Of a DNA stretch of 32,709 bases, positions 15,459-23,357 are shown piece by piece. A program made the translations under genes and the position numbers. Source of the stretch: Planctomycetota bacterium (GTDB taxonomy: Bacteria; Planctomycetota; Phycisphaerae; Sedimentisphaerales; SM23-30); the NCBI GenBank assembly GCA_022705365.1, contig JAKJEP010000004.1, forward strand, positions 1 to 32,709, given 5' to 3'. The notes below the pieces were generated by a model, which did not search any database, was not told where the DNA came from, and saw nothing but the letters and a program-made list of their open reading frames with translations. Numbering within the stretch: position 1 is the stretch's first letter; each line of letters starts with the position of its first letter.

Positions 15459-17108
15459 GTGCCAACTCTTTATGTATTACAAGGTCCGGATAAGGGCCGA
15501 ACGTATGAAGTGCTGCATTCACCGACGATGATCGGCCGGGAAAGCCACGACCTGCCTCTGACCGACAATACGATTTCGCGTCATCATGCGGAGCTTTTAC
15601 AGGAGTCGGGCACGTGGTTTATCCGGGATTTGAATTCCGCCAACGGTACGTATGTCAACGGGGTGAAAGTGTTCAAGTCGCTGGCCTTGAAACAGGGGGA
15701 CCAGATTCGCTGCGGGACCACCCTGATCGTATTCGGGGGGATTCGTAAAAATACCGGGATTCCGGGCGAACTGGGAAGCAGTTTGCGGATCGACGAGGAC
15801 GGCAATCTGGTGGAATCGGCGATTATGGCGACGGCGCCTTCGATGGACGATTCGGTCATTATTGCCGGACCAGAGACCTCCTCCGCGGTAGGGAATTTAC
15901 GCCTGCTGTATGAGCTGTCCACCGCGATCAGCTCCATCTTTGATCAGCAGCAACTGCTGGAAGAAGTGGTGGACATCATTTTTGACAATCTGCCGGCGGA
16001 CCGGGGTTTTATCATGCTGCGGCAGGAAGACCAGCAGGAACTGGTGCCGGCGGTGGTGCGGTACCGCAGCAAGGATCATTCGGGAAAAATTACCATCAGT
16101 CACACGATTGTGAATCATGTGATGAACAATCAGGAAGGAGTCATCTGCTCGAACGCGATGCGGGATCCGCGGTTTACCAAGGGAAAAAGCGTACATGACT
16201 ACGCCATCCACTCGGCTTTGTGTGTTCCAATCACGGTGCGGGACCGGAATATCGGGGTAATTTATATCGATACGACGGTAGCTACGCATACCTATTCGGC
16301 GGAACAGCTTCGTCTGGTAACGGCGATTGGTTTTCAAACGGGGCTGGCGCTGGAACACGCCCGGCTCTATCAGGCGGGGGTACAGGCGGAGCGGCTGGCG
16401 GCGGCGGGCGAGACGGTGGCGTATCTGTCGCACGGAATCAAGAATATTCTGCAAAGCCTGCAAAGCGCGGTCGATATGGTGCAGTTGGGGCTGAGTCGCA
16501 ACAAGCTGGATGTGGCCAAGAAGGGCTGGACTATTCTTTCGCGCAATATGACCCGAATTCAGAACCTGGTTTTAAATATGCTGGCCTTCAGCAAGGTCCG
16601 CAAGCCCAAGCTGGTGATGATTCAGCTCAATCAAATTGTCAACGATGCCCAGGAGATGCTGACCGGTCAGGCGGAAGAAAAACGGGTGGCTCTGGTGCCG
16701 GATCTGGATGATTCGCTGCCCTCGATTCCGGTGGACCCGGACGGGATGCAGCAGGTAATATTGAATCTGGTGCTGAATGCCCTGGATGCGGTGAAGCCGG
16801 ATGTCGGAATTATTACCGTTAAAACCCACTTTGACAGCCAGGCACACGAAGCGGTTCTGATGGTTGGCGATAACGGAGCGGGAATTGAGAAGGAGCGGCT
16901 GTCCGCTATTTTCCGGGCGTTCGATTCCAGCAAGGGGCAGGGCGGTACGGGACTGGGGCTGGCGGTCGTTAAGAAAATCATTGAAGAGCACGAGGGGAAG
17001 GTGGAAGTCACCAGCAATATAGGCGAAGGTACCACCTTCACCATCCGTATTCCGACGGCAGTCAAACCGGTCCTGGACAGCGGCGGCACCGCAGGCCCTG
17101 CAAACTAA
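15459..17108 (+). CDS. Cytoplasmic sensor histidine kinase with N-terminal FHA and central GAF domains
   Basis: FHA: YVLQGPDKGRTYEV...IGRES.DLPLTDNTISRHHAEL...WFIRDLNSANGTYVNG..V....LKQGDQIRCG.T. GAF: ~aa 160-310 (..RGFIML...ICSNAMRDPRF...SALCVPI..RDRNIGVIYID). HisKA H-box: AYLSHGIKN. HATPase_c: N-box LNLVLNALDA, G1 GDNGAGI and G2 GGTGLGLAV. No TM segment and no adjacent response regulator. Confidence 0.9.
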   Translation: MPTLYVLQGPDKGRTYEVLHSPTMIGRESHDLPLTDNTISRHHAELLQESGTWFIRDLNSANGTYVNGVKVFKSLALKQGDQIRCGTTLIVFGGIRKNTGIPGELGSSLRIDEDGNLVESAIMATAPSMDDSVIIAGPETSSAVGNLRLLYELSTAISSIFDQQQLLEEVVDIIFDNLPADRGFIMLRQEDQQELVPAVVRYRSKDHSGKITISHTIVNHVMNNQEGVICSNAMRDPRFTKGKSVHDYAIHSALCVPITVRDRNIGVIYIDTTVATHTYSAEQLRLVTAIGFQTGLALEHARLYQAGVQAERLAAAGETVAYLSHGIKNILQSLQSAVDMVQLGLSRNKLDVAKKGWTILSRNMTRIQNLVLNMLAFSKVRKPKLVMIQLNQIVNDAQEMLTGQAEEKRVALVPDLDDSLPSIPVDPDGMQQVILNLVLNALDAVKPDVGIITVKTHFDSQAHEAVLMVGDNGAGIEKERLSAIFRAFDSSKGQGGTGLGLAVVKKIIEEHEGKVEVTSNIGEGTTFTIRIPTAVKPVLDSGGTAGPAN

Positions 17109-17150
17109 CATTTACGTACAGGCAGGTATTTCCACATTCCATACCCGGAT

Positions 17151-17969
17151 TTACGCTTTGCGTAACCGGGAGACCGCCAGGGCGATATCCTCCAGCCGCT
17201 TTTCGCCGGCTTCGCGTTCGATGCACATGGTCCCCTGGAAACCTATTTCTTTGAGGGCTTTCAGAAAAGAGTTATTGGAATTAACCTGACCCTCGCCCCA
17301 GGGTACTTCGCTGCCCCATTGGCCCGGCTGGGTGGTACGGATGGCGTCCTTGACGTGGAGATGCTTGACCCAGGGGGCAAGGGTGCGCACAGCCTCGGCG
17401 GGAATACCTTTATCGTATAAAATCATATTCGCCGGATCAAAGTTGACCGCCAGGGCGGGATGTTTCATTTCCTCCAGGAACATTTTCAGTTCCTGAGCCG
17501 TTTCCTGTCCGGTTTCCATTAAGACAGTTACCTTCTTTTTGGCGGCGGCATCGGCCAGATATTTCATGCGGTCATAAAATTTCCTGGCGTATTCGGCGTC
17601 GGTGTGATCGATAAAGCCGGCATGAAACGCCAGATAAGGCACGCCCAGTTCGGCGGTGACATCCAGGGCCTTCAGAAACAGGGCCGAATCATTTTTCCAG
17701 TGCTCATCGGGCCGGATACCGCCGGTCAGTTTGATCCGATCCAGGGTGGAATAATCTTCATGGGCAAAGGCAATCATGGTGGCGCTGATCTTCCAGTTTT
17801 GTTTTTTGACGGTTTTGAGGTATTCGGAGCCGTTTTGTTCAAAAACCGGGCCGACTGCCAGATTGATATGCTCCAGCCCCATTTTTTTCATTGCCTCGGC
17901 AATGACCGGTAAATCATTATGCAAAGACCAACTGCAAACACCGACAGGCCAGGTACCACATTTTACCAT
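17151..17969 (-). CDS. Sugar phosphate isomerase/epimerase family protein (xylose-isomerase-like TIM barrel)
   Basis: 272 aa with a pattern typical of the AP_endonuc_2/TIM-barrel family (..LAFHAGF...VTVLMETGQE...AVNFDPANMILY...HLHVKD..). It follows the oxidoreductase gene by 15 nt on the same strand. Confidence 0.8.
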   Translation of the reverse strand: MVKCGTWPVGVCSWSLHNDLPVIAEAMKKMGLEHINLAVGPVFEQNGSEYLKTVKKQNWKISATMIAFAHEDYSTLDRIKLTGGIRPDEHWKNDSALFLKALDVTAELGVPYLAFHAGFIDHTDAEYARKFYDRMKYLADAAAKKKVTVLMETGQETAQELKMFLEEMKHPALAVNFDPANMILYDKGIPAEAVRTLAPWVKHLHVKDAIRTTQPGQWGSEVPWGEGQVNSNNSFLKALKEIGFQGTMCIEREAGEKRLEDIALAVSRLRKA

Positions 17970-17984
17970 GATTTTATCCCTTCT

Positions 17985-19019
17985 TCATTTAGCTTTGTTT
18001 ACTTTGACCATGACTTTTTTACCGGTTTGCACCGATTTTTTTTCCAGTTCGACCAGCCGGACGGAATCGCGCGCCTGTTGGGGTGTGATGATTTGCGGCT
18101 GGCTGATACCCTGGAGTTCCCGGGCAAAATAGGCTATTTCGTTAAAATAACCGTCGTTTTGCGGCAATTCAGGGGTAAAGACCTCACCCTGAGCCGGGAA
18201 AACCTGGATCGTGGGCTGGTTGCGGGTGGTGAAGACTACCGTGGCCCTTTCCAGGATGAGCGTAAAGCCCATCTCGAAGACAAAAGTGGGCATCATGGCC
18301 CAGCCGCCCTCAGCGGTTATCAGATGGCCGTCGTATTCGTACTGGGAGACGATATGGATGATGGAATTATTCTTATTCTGGATGCCGTAACTGGTTATGG
18401 ATTCAGGCATACCGAGCAGGTACTGGATGTAGTCCACATCGTGGATGTGCAAGTCGAGGGGCATGCCGCCGCTGCGGGATTCGTCGGCAAACCAGCTATC
18501 GGACCAGGCCGGCATGGCGGTATAGCGGCGAAAACTGGCCGCACGGAGCGAACCGTAAGTCTTTGATTCGACAATATTTTTGGCCCAGACGTATTCGGGC
18601 CAGAAACGCAGGCAGTGGCCGATCTGGAGCTTTTTGCCGCTCTTGCCGGCAGCGGAAATCATACGGTCACAATCTTTCGCCGTCAGGGCCATGGGCTTTT
18701 CACATAAGACCGAGAGGCCCGCCTTCAGGGCCTGGACGGTGAAATCGGCATGGAGAAAGGTCGGCAGGGTGATGGAAACGACATCCAGCTTTTCGCGTTT
18801 GAGCATGTCGTTAAAATCATGATAGATGCCCAGTGCGGAAAAATCGATTGGTTCTTTGTTCAGGGCGATATTGCCCTGGGTCTTTTGGGAGTCCTGTACA
18901 AAATTGGGATTGGCATCGCACAGGGCCACCACCTGAACGCCCGGCTGCTTTTTCCAGGCCTGATAATGCGTCTGACCCATAAAGCCGAAACCAAGAATCG
19001 CCACTCGCAGCACGTTCAC
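17985..19019 (-). CDS. Gfo/Idh/MocA family NAD(P)-dependent oxidoreductase
   Basis: The N-terminal Rossmann motif is LRVAILGFGFMGQTH. The conserved EKP motif appears as VLCEKPMALT. 344 aa with a GTG start. Confidence 0.85.
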   Translation of the reverse strand: MNVLRVAILGFGFMGQTHYQAWKKQPGVQVVALCDANPNFVQDSQKTQGNIALNKEPIDFSALGIYHDFNDMLKREKLDVVSITLPTFLHADFTVQALKAGLSVLCEKPMALTAKDCDRMISAAGKSGKKLQIGHCLRFWPEYVWAKNIVESKTYGSLRAASFRRYTAMPAWSDSWFADESRSGGMPLDLHIHDVDYIQYLLGMPESITSYGIQNKNNSIIHIVSQYEYDGHLITAEGGWAMMPTFVFEMGFTLILERATVVFTTRNQPTIQVFPAQGEVFTPELPQNDGYFNEIAYFARELQGISQPQIITPQQARDSVRLVELEKKSVQTGKKVMVKVNKAK

Positions 19020-19057
19020 CTTCCTTTCGCTCTGTCGTATGTAACCTTAGATGAAGA

Positions 19058-20389
19058 CTACATTTCGGTAATCCGTATGTTCCGGTATTTCAAGCCCTTT
19101 TCGCCATGATGCTGAAAGCCGATATAGCCGCCGGTCCGCTGGAGACCGGGGTGTTCGGCAATTTTATCGAAATGGTCATTCAGGTTGACATCGATAATTT
19201 GCGTATCATTGAGCGTAACTTTGACATTAACACCTACGCATTCGATGACCATCTTCTGCCATTCGTTGGCCGGTTTGGTGACCTGCTTAGAGGGGGCCTG
19301 AACCGCATAGACACTACCACAGAATTGCCAGGGCTTTAGATCCTTGTACTGATCGGCGTAGTCATCCAGGACCTGGATTTCGGAGCCGGCATAGGCGGGA
19401 TTGCCCTCGCGGGGGGTACGGATGAAAACACCGCTGTTGCCGCCAGGGGGGACCATGAATTCCAGCTCCAGCTTGAAATTGGTGTATTGATCGACGGTGG
19501 AGAGCCAGCCGCCGCTACTGCCTTCGTTGTAAAGGGTTCCATCGGCCACCTGCCAGGCGCCCGGTTCGCCGCCGACCTGTTCCCAGCCGGTCAAATCCTG
19601 GCCATTAAACAGGGATTTGGCGGCGCGGGGGATTTCACGGATATAGATGTTTTTGAAGTATAATTTGGTGCCGTGGGACTGCAATTCAATCTGGCCCGAG
19701 GAGTACATGGGTTTGTCACGTTCCCAGTAATTTTCCATAACCGTATTATCGACAACCAGTTGGTCGTTCAGGTGGACGGTAGCTCGGTCGCCGATCATGA
19801 GGATGCGGAAGGTATTCCACTGCCCGACCGGATTATCCGCCACTTTGAGGGGCTGGCTGGGGTTCTTCTGGTTGTTGTAGAAGCCGCCGGAGCCGACCTG
19901 GGCGCCGACGTTGGTCAGGGCGGTGTCCCAGATTTGAACCTGGGGCGAGCCGCGAAGATAGATGCCACTGTCGCCGCCGGCCTCAATCTTCCAGTCCACG
20001 AACATTTCAAAATCGGCATAATCTTTCACGGTGCAGAGATGGCTGCCGTGGCCGTCGAATTCCAGTGTACCATCGACCACCTTCCAGTGGGTCCGCATCG
20101 CCTCGTCGGCCTCGGCCTGGGCTTTGGCCAACTCCTCAGCGGTCATTTTGGTGCGGGTGGGCGGATCAGCGACCAGGCCTTTCCAGCCGGTTAAATCCTG
20201 GCCGTTGAAAAGTGCTGTAAATCCTTGCGGGGGAGTGTTTTCCGCATTTGGCGCGGCAACCGGCGCGGTTATCGGCTGGGGCTGGGAGTCAGAGGGGGCG
20301 GCCGGCTGGGGTTGGGGCTTATCGGCTTTTTTGCAGCCACCCGTCAAAAGGAAGCAGGAAACCACTAATGCTATAATTGCTTGTTTCAT
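19058..20389 (-). CDS. Lipoprotein with two tandem DUF1080 (3-keto-disaccharide hydrolase-like, concanavalin-type) domains
   Basis: Signal/lipobox MKQAIIALVVSCFLLTGGC and a Pro/Gln-rich linker. Two repeats follow with the DUF1080 hallmark LFNGQDLTGW....W.V.DG.L......L.T...Y.NF.L..E.......NSG...R, each ending in ..FKNIYIREI / ..YRNIRITEM. Confidence 0.8.
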   Translation of the reverse strand: MKQAIIALVVSCFLLTGGCKKADKPQPQPAAPSDSQPQPITAPVAAPNAENTPPQGFTALFNGQDLTGWKGLVADPPTRTKMTAEELAKAQAEADEAMRTHWKVVDGTLEFDGHGSHLCTVKDYADFEMFVDWKIEAGGDSGIYLRGSPQVQIWDTALTNVGAQVGSGGFYNNQKNPSQPLKVADNPVGQWNTFRILMIGDRATVHLNDQLVVDNTVMENYWERDKPMYSSGQIELQSHGTKLYFKNIYIREIPRAAKSLFNGQDLTGWEQVGGEPGAWQVADGTLYNEGSSGGWLSTVDQYTNFKLELEFMVPPGGNSGVFIRTPREGNPAYAGSEIQVLDDYADQYKDLKPWQFCGSVYAVQAPSKQVTKPANEWQKMVIECVGVNVKVTLNDTQIIDVNLNDHFDKIAEHPGLQRTGGYIGFQHHGEKGLKYRNIRITEM

Positions 20390-20661
20390 AATATTTTACC
20401 TTTCGCTCTGTGAAAATAAATGCATCGTTTGAAACTTTCGTTACTAGTAGTCATTACGCTATAATCAAGCTAAAGTAATTGGTGCAGGCCTGATAAGCAA
20501 ATATTTTTTCCAGTATATTTGGGAATCCGGGGGCGGCTATACTATTTTGCGTAAAAAAACTTACAAAAAGCGAAGGATAGGGAAAGATCGTGGGGTATTC
20601 GACCGGCGGGAAGGAAACGAACGAAACGGTATTCACGTCCTATAAACGTCGTGATGAATAC

Positions 20662-20690
20662 TTGACATAACACAGTCAAAATGTTATAAT
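20662..20690 (+). promoter_or_regulatory. Near-perfect consensus sigma70 promoter with an extended -10, about 310 nt upstream of the LRR gene
   Basis: TTGACA (20662-20667), a 17-nt spacer, then TATAAT (20685-20690). TG at 20682-20683 gives an extended -10 (TGtTATAAT). Confidence 0.6.
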
Positions 20691-20797
20691 AAATAATAAT
20701 ATAGCAGTTGTTCCTGTGTGTGAAAGATACCTTCTATTTGAGACAGGACGACCGGAAAAATGCTGTTTTAAACAAAAAAAAAGGTTTTTTCAATATT

Positions 20798-20860
20798 GAT
20801 GCCAGCGTCAATATTTTTCGACCCCTTGTTATAGCAGGGGGTGAGAGTTGCTTTTGGATG
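20798..20860 (+). repeat. Conserved non-coding element, copy 3
   Basis: GATGCCAGCGTCAATATTTTTCGACCCCTTGTTATAGCAGGGGGTGAGAGTTGCTTTTGGATG. A TTTTGTCGATT box follows at 20880-20890. It lies about 100 nt downstream of the consensus promoter and about 140 nt upstream of the LRR start codon. Confidence 0.6.
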
Positions 20861-21001
20861 ACAAAAGCGGCTAGAGCGGTTTTGTCGATTTTAAAGAGGA
20901 GTGAGTGACCTTATTATAAAAGGGGGTATGTTTCGGAAATCATAATATCCAGAGTACAGAACTAGTGTTTTTGTAATGCCGATGTTTTGCAACAATAGAA
21001 A

Positions 21002-22261
21002 ATGAAAAAACATATGAAGAATCACTATATTCAATCAGTTGGTTATGTATTTTTTGCGGTGTTGTCTTTTGCCCATACGGCCGCCGCCGTGGATGTAACG
21101 CCCTTTGCCGACCCTGCCTTTGAGGCTGCGGTGCGGGCGGAGTTAGGCATCCCCAGCCCAACCCCGATTACCGATACGGATATGCTGGTTTTAACAAATT
21201 TGAATGCGGAAAACCAGGGGATCGCGGATATAACGGGGATCGGGTATGCACTCAATTTGCAGGTGCTGGGATTAAACAACAACCAACTAGTCAGTTTGCC
21301 GGTAGAAATCGGAACTCTGAGCCATTTGACGAGCCTTTGGGCGGCTGGCAATCAATTGAGCGGCGTACCGGCGGCGATCGGGAATCTGTCCCAGCTACAG
21401 TACCTGTATCTGGATGGAAATCAGCTAAGCAGTCTGCCGGCGGAAATCGGGAGTTTATCTAATCTTTTGGAACTTGGTCTGTCGCATAACCAGCTAAGCA
21501 GTCTGCCGGTCGAACTGGGGAACTTGACAAATCTGACCAAGCTGTATGTGTCCTTCAATCAATTAAGCGGTCTGCCAGTTGAAATCGGGAATTTAACCAG
21601 TCTGACGGATATCAATTTGGGGAGTAATCAACTGACCAGCCTGCCGGCAACGATTGGGAATCTGACCAGTCTGACAACGCTGTATCTGGCTGGCAATCAA
21701 CTGACCAGTTTGCCGGCAGAGGTCGGGAATCTTACGCAACTCACCAGGCTGGACCTGGCGAATAATCAACTAACCGGTCTGCCGGCAGAGATCGGGAATC
21801 TGACCCAACTGGTTTGGCTGAGCCTGGAATACAACCAGTTGGCCAGTCTGCCGGACGAGATTGGAAATCTGACTAATCTGACCAAGCTCTATTTATCCTA
21901 TAATCAGCTCCATCGTCTGCCGGAAGCAATGGAGAATCTGACCGGATTGACCACATTGTATCTATGGCACAATCCTTTTGTTACGGAAGTATATTGCGAT
22001 ACCATTCCCGATCTTCGATATAATAATCTGAATCCAGACTATTTTAAAATCTGGTACAATCCTAATCCCAATCCCCTTACCGAGGATTGTTCTACCGATC
22101 TATCCGATTTAGCCGATTTCAGTGCCTACTGGCTAGAGACCGGATGCGGAGAGGGGGATACCTGGTGCGGAGGGGCAGATCTAAATCACAGCGGGTACGT
22201 GGATTTGGAAGATTTCGCTATTTTCTGCCATTATTGGCTGGCGGAAGCCGAACAGCTGTAA
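21002..22261 (+). CDS. Secreted leucine-rich-repeat protein with a dockerin/EF-hand-like C-terminal module
   Basis: Signal peptide MKKHMKNHYIQSVGYVFFAVLSFAHTAAA. About 10.5 consecutive 23-aa LRRs follow, of the form L..L.L..NQL.SLP.EIGNLT.L. The C-terminus has DLSDLADFSAYWL and DLNHSGYVDLEDFAIFCHYWL. Confidence 0.9.
   Translation: MKKHMKNHYIQSVGYVFFAVLSFAHTAAAVDVTPFADPAFEAAVRAELGIPSPTPITDTDMLVLTNLNAENQGIADITGIGYALNLQVLGLNNNQLVSLPVEIGTLSHLTSLWAAGNQLSGVPAAIGNLSQLQYLYLDGNQLSSLPAEIGSLSNLLELGLSHNQLSSLPVELGNLTNLTKLYVSFNQLSGLPVEIGNLTSLTDINLGSNQLTSLPATIGNLTSLTTLYLAGNQLTSLPAEVGNLTQLTRLDLANNQLTGLPAEIGNLTQLVWLSLEYNQLASLPDEIGNLTNLTKLYLSYNQLHRLPEAMENLTGLTTLYLWHNPFVTEVYCDTIPDLRYNNLNPDYFKIWYNPNPNPLTEDCSTDLSDLADFSAYWLETGCGEGDTWCGGADLNHSGYVDLEDFAIFCHYWLAEAEQL
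21251..21980 (+). repeat. In-frame 69-nt periodic coding repeats (the LRR units)
   Basis: The 23-codon units recur head-to-tail. The conserved AATCAACTGACCAGYCTGCCGGC...ATCGGGAATCTGAC cores are visible at the DNA level. Confidence 0.8.
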
Positions 22262-22604
22262 AAGATTCTCCTCTCTGCAGGGAACAGGGATTTTCCAACC
22301 GCCTGTCACCGGCGGGATGGTACTGATAACAATCCGGGGGGATTTCATGCAGGTTTTTTTACCACTTGTCTTGCCACGAAGTAAAGCATTTTACGGGTTA
22401 TAGGACTCTTTTCATGGGGTCAGGCAGGAGTTTCCCGGCAGATCCCCAGGGGAAAAGGGGTGGAGAACAATCCCTTGAGAAAGAAGAAGAAATCCGGTCT
22501 AATATGTTACGAATTTATCTGTATAAACAGCCGATATACATACAGACGAATGATGTTTTTCGGCGGTGAGAGACTGAGTGCAATTTCGAAGGACGAGACG
22601 GGAA

Positions 22605-23357
22605 ATGAGCGGCAAACGGATAGCCATTGTTCAGTCGAATTATATTCCCTGGAAGGGATATTTTGATCTGCTAGCCCTGGTAGATCATTTTGTCCTGTAT
22701 GACGATGTGCAATTTAATAAATACAACTGGCGAAACCGCAACCGGATCAAAACGCGGGAGGGTGGCCGGTGGCTGACCATTCCGATTGTGCAGAAGTCTT
22801 TGCAGCAGAAGATCCAGGATGTGGAAGCAGCAGACCGTTTCTGGATGAAAAAACACTGGCGGTCGATCGAGGTGAATTATGCCCGGGCCGCTTACTTTTC
22901 GGAATACAAAGATTTTTTTGAGGATTTGTATCTGAGCACACGCGAGAAATATCTCAGTGAAATTAATTACCGTTTCCTGACGGCCCTTTGCGGATTGCTG
23001 GGGATCGGGACGACGCTGTCCTGGTCCCGGGACTATCATTTGCCGGAGGGGAGAATCGAACGGGTGGTGGATTTGTGCCAGCAACTGGGGGCAAATGAAT
23101 TTCTGTCCGGACCCACGGCCCGGCCTTATATCAATGAGCCGCTGTTCACCGCCGGGGGTATCCGGGTGGTGTGGATGGATTACCAGGGGTATCCCGAATA
23201 TCGCCAGCTTTTTTGCCCCCCTTTTATACACGAGGTCAGTGTCATTGACCTGCTCCTGAATGAAGGGGCGAAAGAAGCCCGCCGTTATATGCTAAGCGCC
23301 AAAATCAGCCGGCCCGGCGCTCCTGAGAGCCAGGAAGGACAGGCCCGGCGCTCATGA
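22605..23357 (+). CDS. WbqC family protein (polysaccharide-cluster protein with unassigned biochemistry)
   Basis: The N-terminus MSGKRIAIVQSNYIPWKGYFDLL and the overall pattern match what I recall of the WbqC-like family. I prefer ATG 22605 over the ORF-track GTG 22578. Its stop overlaps the next gene's ATG (ATGA at 23354-23357). Confidence 0.75.
   Translation: MSGKRIAIVQSNYIPWKGYFDLLALVDHFVLYDDVQFNKYNWRNRNRIKTREGGRWLTIPIVQKSLQQKIQDVEAADRFWMKKHWRSIEVNYARAAYFSEYKDFFEDLYLSTREKYLSEINYRFLTALCGLLGIGTTLSWSRDYHLPEGRIERVVDLCQQLGANEFLSGPTARPYINEPLFTAGGIRVVWMDYQGYPEYRQLFCPPFIHEVSVIDLLLNEGAKEARRYMLSAKISRPGAPESQEGQARRS

Noticed and set aside
21251-21980. Regular 69-nt direct repeats that could be mistaken for a CRISPR or satellite array
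   Set aside because: The repeats are contiguous without spacers and in frame. They translate into canonical 23-residue LRR units inside one long ORF.
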